A stretch of 64,000 nucleotides of DNA from Octopus vulgaris (taxonomy: Eukaryota): assembly GCA_951406725.2 (NCBI GenBank), contig OX597820.1:34224001-34288000 (forward strand). Direction: 5' to 3'. Each line of letters opens with the position of its first letter. Position 1 is the first letter of the stretch. The position numbers were made by a program, and so were the translations under genes. The notes beneath the pieces were generated by a model that was given only the letters and a program-made list of their open reading frames with translations, did no database searches and was not told the origin of the DNA. Below are positions 11,385-23,669 of this stretch, in pieces.

Positions 11385-11752
11385 CAGCTGTCTTATTTTA
11401 TCATGTATTTCCATTGCACTACTGAGTGCAGCTCTGTGTGCCTTGGGTATGTGCTGTGGTTTGTTGTAATGCTCTCATTTTGACTGTATTGAAAGTGTTT
11501 TACATAGGGTGTGTGCTGTGCCTAGTAATGCTATTTTCTGTATGTTATATTTTAATAAGTCCTGGTATTTTGGTTATGTATTTGTCTGTATGTTTTTTAA
11601 TCATACCTAATGCACCTATTATTATAGGGATTGTTTCTGTCTTTAGGCTCCACATTCAAGTTATTTCTGTTTCCAAATCTATTTTGAGAGTTTCTCCATT
11701 TCTTTTAGAGATACATTATCATCGGTTGGGATTGACACATCAATTAAAAGGC
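11385..11752 (-). mobile_element. RLE-type non-LTR retrotransposon (R4/Dong-like) 3' remnant
   Basis: Minus-strand fragments LIDVSIPTDDNVSLKEMEKL, MWSLKTETIPIIIGALGMIKK and IQKIALLGTAHTL (across frameshifts). Flanked by (TTA)n. Confidence 0.7.
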
Positions 11753-12556
11753 ATTATTATTATTCTGCCAGGTTTGACTTTACCTTTCATCCTTTCGTGG
11801 TTGATAAAATAATTACCAGTTGAGAACTGGGGTCGGTGTAATGGACCAATCCTCTCCCCCAAATTTCAAGCCTTGTGCCTATAGTAGAAAGGATTATTAT
11901 TATTATTATTAAAGCAGCAAGCTGGTAGAATTGTAAGCACAACAAGCAAAATGTTTAGTGGTATTTTGTCCATCTTTACATTCTGAGTTCAAGTTTTCTG
12001 AGGTTGACTTCGCCTTTCATCCTTTTGGGGTCGATAAAATAAGTACCAGTTGATTAGTGGGGTAGATGTAATCAACTAGTTCCCTACCCCAAAATTACTG
12101 GCCTTGTGCCAAAATTTGAAATAATAATAATAATAATAATCATAATAATAATTATTGTTGTCGTTGTTGTTGTTATTAGTAGTAGTAGTATCATCATCAT
12201 CATCATCATCTACTCTGCTGAAAAAATGTTTTGCAGCATTTCTTCTGATTTTCCATTCTGAGTTCAAATGCCACTGAGGTCAACTTTGCCTTTCACCCTT
12301 TCAGGGTCAATAGAATAAGTACCAGTTGAGCACTGAGGTCGATGTTAAGGTGTGGTATTGTATGGCAGTGAATATATAGTTGTGAGCTATTGTGTGACAG
12401 TAATGTTAGAAGTATGGAATAATATGAAAGTGAAAGTATACTTTCGAGATATTCAATGTCTGAATGTAGAAGTATGGTATTATGTGGTAGGGAAGATATT
12501 GTTGTCAGTTATTATGTGGTGCTGGAGGTGGTGATATTGTGTGGGAGTGAGGAAAT

Positions 12557-12590
<34 letters not shown>

Positions 12591-12817
12591 GCAATAGCAT
12601 TTTTATTGTCACTTTTCCATACTTGGATGGAGTTTATTGAAGCAGATTTTCTATGGCTGGTTGCCCTTTCTATCATCGACTCTCACCCGTTTCCAAGCAA
12701 GGTAATAATTTCCCCATTGCCAGATGTGTTTGCGCAGAGAATGGGAAATCAGTGACACCTTGTGTATGACAGTGACAATCGTTTACGACTGTCACATGAT
12801 GTCAAAACAAGGACACA

Positions 12818-12857
<40 letters not shown>

Positions 12858-14059
12858 CATGCATGCACATATGTGACGGGCTTCTTTCAGTTTCTATTTA
12901 TCAAATCCATTCAAGCAGCTTTGGTTGGTGCCGGCATATAACAGAAGACATTTCCAAAGTACCACGCAGGGGCACTGAACCCTGGGGCATATGGTTAGGA
13001 AGCAAACATCTTAGCACATAGCCATAATTGCGAGATCTTGTGTTTACTGATAACATGTCCAGCTTCTTTTCTAATCCCAACAAACATTTTAACCCTTTAG
13101 TCTGGTCCTATGTTAAAACCGACAAGATCCAACCTCTCGCACCTATCCTACAATGTCATTCTAAAAATATACAAACACATCGTTGAAATCTTGATGCTAC
13201 AAGCAATTTGAATGAAGAAGCAGTGTATTTGACTAAGAAATCTAAATGCTAAAAGGTTTAATAATATAAAAAAACACAAAAGAGCCTAAGTATTATACCT
13301 GTGCTTAATATTATATTTTTAATATGGTTTACGTGTAGCTGTTTTGTTAAGAAATTAGCTTCCTAACTTAATAATCTTTACTTTAGACCTATTGTGAGGT
13401 GCCTTGGACTAATGTTTTCTGTAACCTTGGGTTGACCAAAGCTTTGTGAGTGGATTGGGCAGATAGTAACTGAAATAAGCTTGAATTTGTGTATGTGTGC
13501 ATGTACCACGTGTATGTTTGTGTGTATGTGTTTTTACATCACTTGACAGTTGTATGACTGTCAAAAAAGCACTCTTGTTTGTTTCCAGTTATCATCATCA
13601 TCATCATTTAGCATCTGCTTTCCATTGCTGGCATAGGTTTGACTGAAACTGTTAAGCTGAAGAGCTGCACCTAGATCCAGTCTGATTTGGCATGGTTTTT
13701 ATGACTGGATGCCCTTCCTAGTGCCAACTGCTCCAAGAGTGTAATGGGTGCATTTTATGTGCCATTATTTGTAAAAAAAAAAAAAAAAAAACCTGTCTGG
13801 TCATGGGGGAATATTTACCTTGCTTGGAAATAGGTGAGGGTTTTTAAAGTGGTTGTTAAACTGATGCTGATGATGATAATAATGGTAATACAAAAATATC
13901 AAGACCTTTTTTTAAAACAGTAGCCTCTTGACATTTCTCAATCCTTTGTAAAACCTCTTCACAAGAGGTTGCCACCACTTAGGTTAAGAGCTATGAGTCA
14001 AAATCTTAGCTCCAACTAGAATGTCCTGTTGTTAATAAACACTGTTTTCAATTTTTCAG

Positions 14060-14243
14060 GTCTACGATCATCGGTGATGCCATTGCTACATTGTTGGAAT
14101 GGGTTGGTCATGATGTCCTACGTTTGAACCATATTGGTGACTGGGGCACCCAGTTTGGTATGCTCATTGTCCATCTTCAAGACAAATTCCCATCATTTGA
14201 GAAAGAGTCACCAGCAATTTCTGACCTGCAAGCATTCTACAAG
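14060..14243 (+). CDS. RARS1: Arginyl-tRNA synthetase exon (catalytic domain)
   Basis: tttcAG acceptor, GTGAGA donor, 184 nt, phase 2/0. (R)[39 protein letters not shown]...DLQAFYK. Confidence 0.97.
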
Positions 14244-14916
14244 GTGAGATACTGTTTCTTTCTTGATACTAGGTGCAGACGTAGGTGTGATAAAAAGCTT
14301 GCTTATCAGCCACATGGTTTCTGGTTCAGCTCCACTGTGCAGCACCTTGGGTAAGCGTCTTCTGTAGGCTCAGGCTGACAAAGCGTGAGTGGATTTGGTA
14401 GACGGAAATTGAGAAGCCCATCACACACACACACATGTATGTAATACATGTCTATAATACAGATATATATAGGCATGAAATTGCAATGATCTTTTGGATG
14501 TTGACTGATGAGGAATAAACTATGAATTTTCTGTTTATGCTTTTGTAATATTTCTTTTTTGTGTTTTTGTTAAATATTTGATATACATACATACATACAT
14601 GCACACATACACACAAATACACACACACACACACACCCATATTTATATATATATATATAGACGTATATATGTGTGTCTGTGTTTGACCGTCCCATCCCTG
14701 CTTAACAACCAGTGTTGGTGTGTTTAGTCCTTGTAACCTAGCAGTTCAGCAAAACTGACTCCATTTAGCATCTGTTTTCTATGCTGGCTTGTGTTAGATG
14801 GTCTGACATTAACTGGTAAGCTGGAGAGCTGCATAAGGCTCCAGTCTGTTTTGGCTTGGTTTCTGCAGCTGGATGCCCTTCCTAATGCCAACCACTCCAT
14901 AGAATGTACGGGATGT

Positions 14917-16280
14917 CTTTTATGTGCCATTGGCACGGGTGCCTTTTACGTGTCGCCAGCACAGGTCCTTTTATGTGTCACCTGCATAGATGCCCTTTAC
15001 GCGTCACCCACACGGGTGCCATTAACATGTTACCAGCATGGGTGCCTTTTATATGTCAATGGTATGGGTTCCTTTAACATGTCACCAGCACAGGTACCTT
15101 TTACATGTCAGTGGCATAGGTCCCCTTTACATGTCACCAGCACAGGTCCTTTTATGTGTCACCTGCATAGATGCCCTTTATGCGTCACCCACACGGGTGC
15201 CTTTTACATGTCACCAGCACAGGTCTTTTTATGTGTCACCTGCATAGATGCCCTTTACGCATCACCCACATGGGTGCCATTAAAGTGTTATCAGCATGAG
15301 TGCCTTTTATGTGTCAATGGTATGGGTGCCTTTAACATGTCACCAGCACATGTCAGTGACATAGGTCCCCTTTACATGTCACCAGTACAGGTCCTTTTAT
15401 GTGTCACCTGCATAGATGCCCTTTACGCATCACCCACATGGGTGCCATTAACATGTTACCAGCATGGGTGCCTTTTATATGTCAGTGGCATAGGTCCCCA
15501 TTACATGTCACCAGCACAGGTCTTTTTATGTGTCACCTGCATAGATGCCCTTTATGCGTCACCCACACGGGTGCCTTTTACATGTCACCAGCACAGGTCT
15601 TTTTATGTGTCACCTGCATAGATGCCCTTTACGCATCACCCACATGGGTGCCATTAAAGTGTTATCAGCATGAGTGCCTTTTATATGTCAATGGTATGGG
15701 TTCCTTTAACATGTCACCAGCACAGGTACCTTTTACATGTCAGTGGCATAGGTCCCCTTTACATGTCACCAGCAAGGTCCTTTTATGTGTCACCTGCATA
15801 GATGCCCTTTACGCATCACCCACATGGGTGCCATTAACATGTTACCAGCATGAATGCCTTTTATGTGTCAATGGTATGAGTTCCTTTAACGTGTCACCAG
15901 CACAGGTACCTTTTACATGTCACCAGCACAGGTCTTTTTATGTGTCACCTGCATAGATGCCCTTTACGCGTCACCCACATGGGTGCCATTAACATGTTAC
16001 CAGCAATGGTATGGGTGCCTTTAACATGTCACCAGCACAGGTACCTTTTACATGTCAGTGGCATAGGTCCCCTTTACATGTCACCAGCACAGGTCCTTTT
16101 ATGTGTCACCCGCATAGATGCCCTTTACGCGTCACCCACACGGGTACCATTAACATGTTACCAGCATGGGTGCCTTTTATGTGTCAATGGTATGGGTACC
16201 TTTAACATGTCACTGGTATGAGAGCCACTCACATGTCACTGGCATGGGTACCTTTTACCTGTCACTAGCATGGGTGTCTT
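14917..16280. repeat. ~1.35-kb minisatellite of ~22-bp GTGCCTTTTAYRTGTCACCAGCA units with higher-order blocks, expanded from a SINE internal repeat
   Basis: Directly continuous with the SINE copy at 14762-14930. It generates the repetitive pseudo-ORFs between 14791 and 16221. Confidence 0.9.
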
Positions 16281-16320
16281 TTATATTTTTTAATTTTCTG
16301 AAACCATTTTTTTTTTGTAG

Positions 16321-16450
16321 GAATCTAAAGTGCGGTTTGATAATGAACCTGAGTTTAAAAAACGTGCTTATGAGGCTGTCGTGAAGCTGCAGAGTTATGA
16401 TCCACTTCATCTTGATGCATGGAAGAAAATCTGTGTCATTTCTCGCCAAG
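16321..16450 (+). CDS. RARS1: Arginyl-tRNA synthetase exon
   Basis: Poly-T tgtAG acceptor, GTACGC donor, 130 nt, phase 0/1. [43 protein letters not shown]. Confidence 0.96.
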
Positions 16451-16679
16451 GTACGCAATCATCTCTTAAGTGCATCCTGTACTGTCTTGATTGTTTCTCA
16501 TGTGTATATGTTTGAATTGCATCAGTTGTAAAAGATTGCATCTTTTCACTTATTAACTGGAAAAATTTAGTAATATATGGACTTATAAGGGCATAAAAAA
16601 ACCCCTCTGCATGACGGGCCAAACTGCTAGAACAGCCAGGTCTCTCTTAAATCACATTGTCATCATCACCACCACCACA

Positions 16680-16727
<48 letters not shown>

Positions 16728-17897
16728 GGTGGTGAACTGGCAGAATCATTAGCATGCCGGGCAAAATGCTTAGTGGTTTTCTGCTCATCGTTATGTTCTA
16801 TGTTCAATTTCCACCGAGGTTGACTTTGCCTGTCATCCTTTTGGGGGTCATTAAATTAAGTACCAGTGAAACACAAGGGTCGATGTAATTGACTAGTCCC
16901 CTCCCCACATATTTCAGGCCTTGTGCCTATAGTAGAAAAGATTATTATTATTATTATTATATAATTTCGTCTGACCCATGCAAGTATGGAAATGTGAGAG
17001 TTAAATAGTAATGGTGATTGTATGTGTGTCTTAGCATTGTGAGTAGATTTTGTAGATGAGAACCGAAAGAAGGGGTTTGTGTGTGTGTACGTGTGTGTGA
17101 CTGTGTGTTTGTGTCTCCTTGTCTTGACATCATGTGATAGTGTTACTGTCATACAAGCATTGTCATTCATTTCCAGTCTTCTGTGAAAGCATATCTGGCC
17201 ATGGAGAAGTATTACCTTTCTTGGAAACAAGTGAAGGTTGGTGACAGGAAAAGCACCTGACTGTATAAAATCTGTCTCAACAAATTCTGTCCAACCAATG
17301 CAAGTATGGAAAAGTAGACATTGAATGATGATGATGATGATTAATATGTGTGGATGTCTGTATATCCTTGTATGATGTTACGTTATCGTAACATTTATTG
17401 TGTTTGTGAACATCTGTAGAATAGTAATCGTTTTACTCTTTACTCTTTTCAGTCATTTGACTGTGGCCATGCTGGAGCACTGCCTTTAATCGAGCAACTC
17501 GACCCCGGGACTTATTCTTTTGTAAGCCCAGTACTTATTCTATCGGTCTCTTTTGCCGAACCGCTAAGTAATGGGGACATAAACACACCAGCATTGGTTG
17601 TCAAACAATGATGATGATGTTGACTAAGTTATTTTACTAAATTCTTTGTTATATTTAGAATTAAATGAAAGAAACACAGAACAGCTCAACAGAAATATAA
17701 TAACAAAAGTGTTAAGAAATTTCGTCTGACCCATGCGAGTATGGAAATGTGAGAGTTAAATAGCAGTGGTGATTGTGTGTGTGTGTGTGTGAGTGGAAGG
17801 GTTTTGTGTGTGTGTACGTGTGTGTGACTGTGTTTGTGTCTCCTTGTCTTGACATCAATGCTAGGGGGACAGACACAGACACACAAACACACACACA

Positions 17898-17941
<44 letters not shown>

Positions 17942-18247
17942 TATATATGACGGGCTTCTTTCAGTTTCGGTCTACGAAATCCACTCACAAAGCTTTGGTT
18001 GGCCTGAGGCTACAGTAGAAGACACTTGCCCAAGGTGCCACGCAGTGGGACTGAACCCGGAATCATGTGGTTGGTAAACAAGCTGCTTACCACACAGCCA
18101 CTCCTGCGTCTATTTGCGTTTTGTTTGTTTCTAGTTATGAACATCATACTTTAGTTTTTAATTAAGCTTTTTAGCATTGGAATTCTTGGGTCACATGTTT
18201 TGTGTGTACTGTTGCGCCAAATTTAGTACTCTGTTTTCCCTTTTCAG

Positions 18248-18352
18248 AATTTGAGAAAATCTACTCAGCCCTCAACATTAAAATTGTGGATCGGGGAGAA
18301 TCTTTCTACCAAGACAGAATGCTAAAGCTTGTCTCTCAGTTGCAGTCTTCAG
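18248..18352 (+). CDS. RARS1: Arginyl-tRNA synthetase exon
   Basis: tttcAG acceptor, GTAATA donor, 105 nt, phase 1/1. (E)FEKIYSALNIKIVDRGESFYQDRMLKLVSQLQSS, containing the RGESFY motif. Confidence 0.96.
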
Positions 18353-18467
18353 GTAATAGCAATTCATATTTTGCCTTTTTTCTAATTCATGTATATCTAT
18401 ATATATATACTCATATGCAGATACCTTTGTGTGTGTGTGTGTGTGTGTGTAGATGTCTGTACATGTA

Positions 18468-18978
18468 CCGTAAATCCTCGAGTATAATCCGCATTTTTTT
18501 TCCCAAAATTTAAAGGTCAAAATCCCTAGTGCATACTATATACGAGGTTTAAAATGAAAATTATTTTCTAAGCAATGTCTGAGTCTCTATTTGCTGTCCG
18601 GCAATGTTTATTCAGATGCATTTTGTGATGTCGGGTACAAAAATACCTTAAGCTAAGCCTGAAAGCAATGAAGTCATAAAAGAATCATCCGTAACTTGCA
18701 GTAAGCAACATTTATTAAATGTTATTACTGTTATTTCTTTATTTTCTGCAAACAAAATGCACAAAAAAGCTACATGTTTGCATTATGTTATATATACAAT
18801 AATAATAAAGGACGTTACCGTATACAATTTTTACAAACCAAGGATGTTATATAGATCTCCTTGACTCAAATTAGAGAAGGGGTGCGTATAAACACAAGGT
18901 TTAGGTTTTTCAGAGGTACAGCCCCCTAAAACCCCTCTGTATTATACTCAAGAGCGGACTATACCCGAAGATTTACGG
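18468..18978. mobile_element. pogo/Tigger-like MITE
   Basis: TA|CCGTAAATCCTCGAGTATAATCCGC...GCGGACTATACCCGAAGATTTACGG|TA: ~25-bp TIRs, subterminal copies, no ORF. Confidence 0.85.
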
Positions 18979-19450
18979 TATGTAGATATTTGTTTCCCCA
19001 GCTAAATGCAGTCTTCCTTGTAGCTCATGTATATTTGTTTATATGCTAGTATGTAGATATCTGTGTGTGTTTGTGTGTTTATTCTTATATTCTTTTAATT
19101 GTTTTAGTCATTTGAACCTAGGACTTATTCTTTGTAAGCCTGATACTTATTTTATCAGTCTCTTTTGCTGAACCGCTAAGTTGTGGGGATGTAAACACAC
19201 CAGCATCGGTTGTGAAGTGATGTTAGGGGGACAAACACAGACACACAAACATATACACACACATATATATATATATGTATATATATATGATGGTCTTCCT
19301 TCAGTTTCCATCTACCAAATCCACTACAAGGCTTTGGTGGCCCAAGGCTATAGAAGAAGACACTTGCTCAAGGTGTCATGCGGTGAGACTGGATCCAGAG
19401 CCCTGTGGTTGGTAAGCCAGCTACTTAGCACACAGTCACTCCTGCACCTA

Positions 19451-19485
<35 letters not shown>

Positions 19486-19771
19486 TTTCTATGTATGTAT
19501 ATGTATGTAGATATATATATATAGGTTTCTATGTATGTATATGTATGTAGATATTTGTGTTCCAAGGTAAAAGCAATAAATAATTTGTCTTTTTGTCTAG
19601 TTTATGTAAGCAAAGGCATAAAAGCTTGCTTTCCAACCACATGGTTCTGGGTTCAGTCCCACTGTATTGCAGCTTGGGAATGTATTTTCTAATATAGCTT
19701 TGGGATGACCAAATCTTTGTATGTGGATTTAGTTGAAGGAAATAGAAAGAATCCTGTTGTGTATATATATA

Positions 19772-21110
19772 TATTTAAATAAAAGCAAGTTGTCTGTATG
19801 TCCCAAGTTGCTGTCTACACCCGTAAATGAATTTTTGTGAAACTTTGCAAACATGCTAAAGTAACGTCCAGTTTGTTACTAAGTTCACTGAATTGTAGTA
19901 AAAATCTATAATTGGATGGATAGGGCCCCTGGTACGGATCCACATATATCTACTACATATGTGGGAGATTCTGTCTGTGGGTGTGTTTGTGGAGTTGTTA
20001 GCTAACTCCTCCGACATCGTTTTATCACTTTTGATGAAACCTGACACATGAGTAGAACACATGTCTGAAAACCTCATTGCATACTCAGATTTTTGAAAAA
20101 AAATCGATAATAGAGGCCCCAGAAGGGATCCTTATATATATCTAATATATTTTATTTTAAAAACCAAGGGAAATAACTCATTCGCCCCTGGAAGGCATCC
20201 TTATATATATAGCGAAGGGAAATAACCCACCCATTTTCCTAAATTATTTGGTAAAAATGAAATTGAGTTTGCTTATTTCTTAGTATTTGAACTGTTAGAT
20301 TTATTTTTGCAATTTATCCATTACAACCCTTAAACAAGTAAATAGTATTTTTTAAACAATAAATCCACTTATTTCAGTTAGTGACTTATTCACGAATATA
20401 CCAAGACTAGTGCCCCTGAGGGTAATATTCTTTGGGAACGCACAAAAGCCCTTTCCAGAGTTATTTATTTTGAATTGTTATTATCCCATATCTGATTAGC
20501 CTGTTATTATGTAACATGCTTCACGATTTTAGTATACATGCACGATTAGTATTTCCTCCTAAGTTCTATATACTCTGGGAAAGGATTAAAGCCCTTTTTG
20601 GGGTACTTTATTTGAATTCTTACTATCGGGTAACTAATTTCATGTAATTATATAACTGACTTCACAATTTGGGTATTCATAACTTATTGGGAATTCCTAA
20701 AAACAAGATCCTGTCTAAGACAATTCAGTATTCTTTATGAATGCACAAAAACCATTTTAAGGGCTACATACTTTGTATTGTTGTTATTGGATTAGTGAAA
20801 CAATTATGAGAACAGAACCAAGGGTTAAGCCCCACTTTCCTGGGAATTACAGACTACGTCAGTAACATATTTTATTTTAACATCCAAGAGAAATAACCCA
20901 TTCATTTTCCTAGCCAAGGGAAATAACCCATCCATTTTCCTATATTATTTGTTATAAATCAAGTTGAGTATATTTATTTCTTAATATTTGAACTGTTAGA
21001 GTTATTTTCACAATTTATCCAGTACAGCCCTTAAACAAGTAAATAGTATTATCATAAACAATAGATCCAATTATTTCAGTTAGTGACTTATTCACAAATA
21101 TACCATGAAT
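19772..21110 (+). mobile_element. Probable Helitron-like non-autonomous element with internal duplications
   Basis: The 5' end ATAAAAGCAAGTTGTCTGTATG resembles the Helitron 5' end at 26057. A ~190-bp segment is duplicated (about 20215-20403 and 20915-21104), with degenerate ~150-bp repeats between. No clear 3' CTAG. Confidence 0.4.
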
Positions 21111-21301
21111 GACGATGCCTTTCATAACACTTTAGCCATTAAAGATAGGTGGAATATTTTGGCCAGATTTGGCCAGTTTAAATGTTAAAAGCTTAAACAC
21201 ATTTAAATATTATTTAAAAATTATTGATTTTCAAGCCTCTGCTACAACACTTAATATTTTCTTATCTCACTAAAATACATGTATTACCCTTTTATATCCA
21301 G

Positions 21302-21480
21302 ATAAACTTGTGTCTGAAGAAGGCATGAAAGTGATTTTTACTCCAAATCAGAAGGTTCCATTGATTGTTGTAAAATCTGATGGTGGTTTTACCTATGACA
21401 CTTCCGACTTAGCTGCCATTAAACAGAGATTGTTTGAGGAGAAAGGCAATTGGTTGATTTATGTTACTGATGCTGGACAG
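21302..21480 (+). CDS. RARS1: Arginyl-tRNA synthetase exon
   Basis: tccAG acceptor, GTGTGT donor, 179 nt, phase 1/0. (D)[12 protein letters not shown]...[22 protein letters not shown]...IYVTDAGQ. Confidence 0.97.
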
Positions 21481-21576
21481 GTGTGTGTTATCAGTCTTAA
21501 TATTTCATTACATTCATTATTTGTGGAATCCACCATGTATATATGTGTTTGTTTGTGTGTGTGTGTGTATGCATAT

Positions 21577-21808
21577 ATTTCTTTACTACCCACAAGGGGC
21601 TAAACACAGAGGGGACAAACAAGGACAGACAAACTGATTAAGTTGATCATATCGACCCCCAGTGCGTAACTGGTACTTTAATTTATCGACCCCAAAAGGA
21701 TGAAAAGCAAAGTCGACCATGGCGGAATTTGAACTCAGAACGTAACAGCAGACGAAATACGGCTTCGCATTTCGCCCGGCGTGCTAACGTTTCTGCCAGC
21801 TTGCCGCG
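21577..21808 (-). mobile_element. MetaSINE-like SINE
   Basis: Reverse complement of GGCAGAAACGTTAGCACGCCGGGCG...CTTTCATCCTTTYGGGGTCGATAAATTAAGTACC. Copies at 11913-12120, 16727-16940, 26992-27410, 30028-30212, 38410-38635(-) and 41305-41470. Confidence 0.7.
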
Positions 21809-22948
21809 TGTGTGTATGCATATGTACATATGTATGTACGTGTGTATGTGCAGAGAAAGATAAATGTAATCACAGTATATTGCATTGAAAACTTATCTCT
21901 GCAAAATTTCATGAATAAAAACAAAATGTATATTTTTTAGGAAAATTATGAGTCACTCATCTTGCACTTCTAATGTTAGTTAATTCTCTCTCTCTCTTAT
22001 TCCTCCCGCCTTTTTATATGATATAAAATGTGACCAGAACACTAAACCAATCAACCAATAATTTATATCTGCAATTTTTATATAGAAATAATTTGTTTAT
22101 ATTACCATTATTTAGAGTTACTTAGATGTGAAGGTGCATGGCTCAGTGGTTAGAGCATCAGGCTCACAATCATGAGGTAGTGAGTTCAATTCCTGGATTG
22201 GGCTGTGTGTTGTGTTCTTGAGCAAGGCTCTATTTCTTGAGCAAGGCTCTATTTCTTGAGCAAGGCTCCAATTCACTCAGCTGTAGAAAGAAGTTGTGAC
22301 ATCACTGGTTCCAAGCTGTATCAGCCTTTGCCTTTCCCTTGGATAACATTGGTGGCATGGAGAGGGGATGCATGAGTGACTGCTGGTCTTCTACAAAAAC
22401 AAAAACCAAATTTGCTTGGACTTGTGCTTTGGATGGTGACTTTCTAGGTGCAATCCTATGGTTATTCATTAGGAGTTAGATGAAAAAAAAATTATAAAAA
22501 GCAGGTTATCATTGTCATTGTTTTAATTCTCATTTTTCCATGCTTGTGTGGGTCAGACAGAATTCCATAAGATTGGGGCTCTTGTAGAAAGCACTTACTT
22601 ATGGTGCTGCTCAGTGGGACTGAACCCAAAACCATGCGGTTGTGAAGTGAACATCTTAACTCTAGCATTTAAACCTACTATCCGGCCCAAATATTCTGTC
22701 TGTTTTATGTTCAAACTGGCCAGATTTGGCATATCACACCTACCCTACAATGCCATTTGATGAATAAACAATCACATCATTGAAACCTCAAAGCTATGAG
22801 ATGATACATGATTAATTCAAAATAATGTGAATAAGCATTACATTTAACAGTAATATGAACACTAAAAGGTTAAACACACAGCCATTCTTACACCTGTTAT
22901 GACCACCTTTTCTCCTCTGTTATCACCTGATCTCTCTCATTTTTACAG

Positions 22949-23058
22949 TCTACTCACTTTACCACACTCTTTGAAGCAGCTGAGATGCTGGGATGGTATG
23001 ACAAATCCGTGGTTCGTTGTCAACATGTTGGTTTTGGTGTTGTCCTTGGTGAAGACAA
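22949..23058 (+). CDS. RARS1: Arginyl-tRNA synthetase, last exon visible in the window (gene 3'-incomplete here)
   Basis: ttacAG acceptor, GTAAGC donor, 110 nt, phase 0/2. [36 protein letters not shown](K), which in ArgRS immediately precedes the KFKTR motif. Confidence 0.95.
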
Positions 23059-23219
23059 GTAAGCGATTTTCTTTAAAATTCTGTCATTCATTCAGTTTTT
23101 TAAAAATCAAATCAAAAACATAGTTTTTCTCTGCTTTCTTTTATTATATTTTTACTACTTTAAAAAAAAATGATTTTATCAATTAATTTTGGGTACCATG
23201 AGTTGCCAAATATTTAAAA

Positions 23220-23668
23220 TTATTATTATTATTATTATTAGCTATATTAAATCTCTGAACGAGAGGTAAATAGTAACAGTCCAGAATTGTAAAATATATT
23301 TGCCAACTAAATGTGGTAGTTCCATAGAGGATTATGTTACTGTTGTCCTTTGCCCCAGGAAGATATCTTCTCTAGCTGGCCAATGCACACTGTCTGTGTC
23401 TGATTAGTATTTGCGAGGGGGTGGGGTCATTGCTCCTATCTCTAGCCTTACGCGATACACACAGACCTGGGTTTCTGAGTCGTTACCCGTCTTCAGTGTG
23501 TGATAATTAACAGCTAGTGATGAAAACTCATTCCACTTGCAAAACACTATATGCTTTTCCTGGCAACAAACTGTCGCTGATCTTGAAAAAGGAGAAATAA
23601 GCTATATTAAATCTCTGAGTGAGAGGTAAACAGTAACAGTATGGAATCGTAAAATATATTTGCCAACT
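23220..23668 (-). mobile_element. Terminally redundant 360-bp hammerhead-containing unit with a (TAA)n tail (retrozyme or non-autonomous Penelope-like)
   Basis: 68-bp direct repeat at 23241-23308 and 23601-23668, hammerhead at 23458-23502(-), (TTA)n at 23220-23240. Confidence 0.6.
23458..23502 (-). ncRNA. Minimal type I hammerhead ribozyme motif
   Basis: Minus strand reads CACACA-CTGAAGA-CGGGT AACG ACTCA-GAAAC-CCAG-GTC-TGTGTG: 6-bp stem I, intact core, 4-bp stem II plus one mismatch, GUC cleavage triplet. Confidence 0.75.
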
Positions 23669-23669
23669 G

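Noticed and set aside
14791-16221. Long Cys-rich ORFs (276, 185 and 93 aa)
   Set aside because: Translations of an intronic minisatellite; open in several frames with no domain signature.
14917-16280. Possible CRISPR-like repeat-spacer array
   Set aside because: The units are contiguous variants of one motif with no unique spacers. The context is a eukaryotic intron and there are no cas genes.
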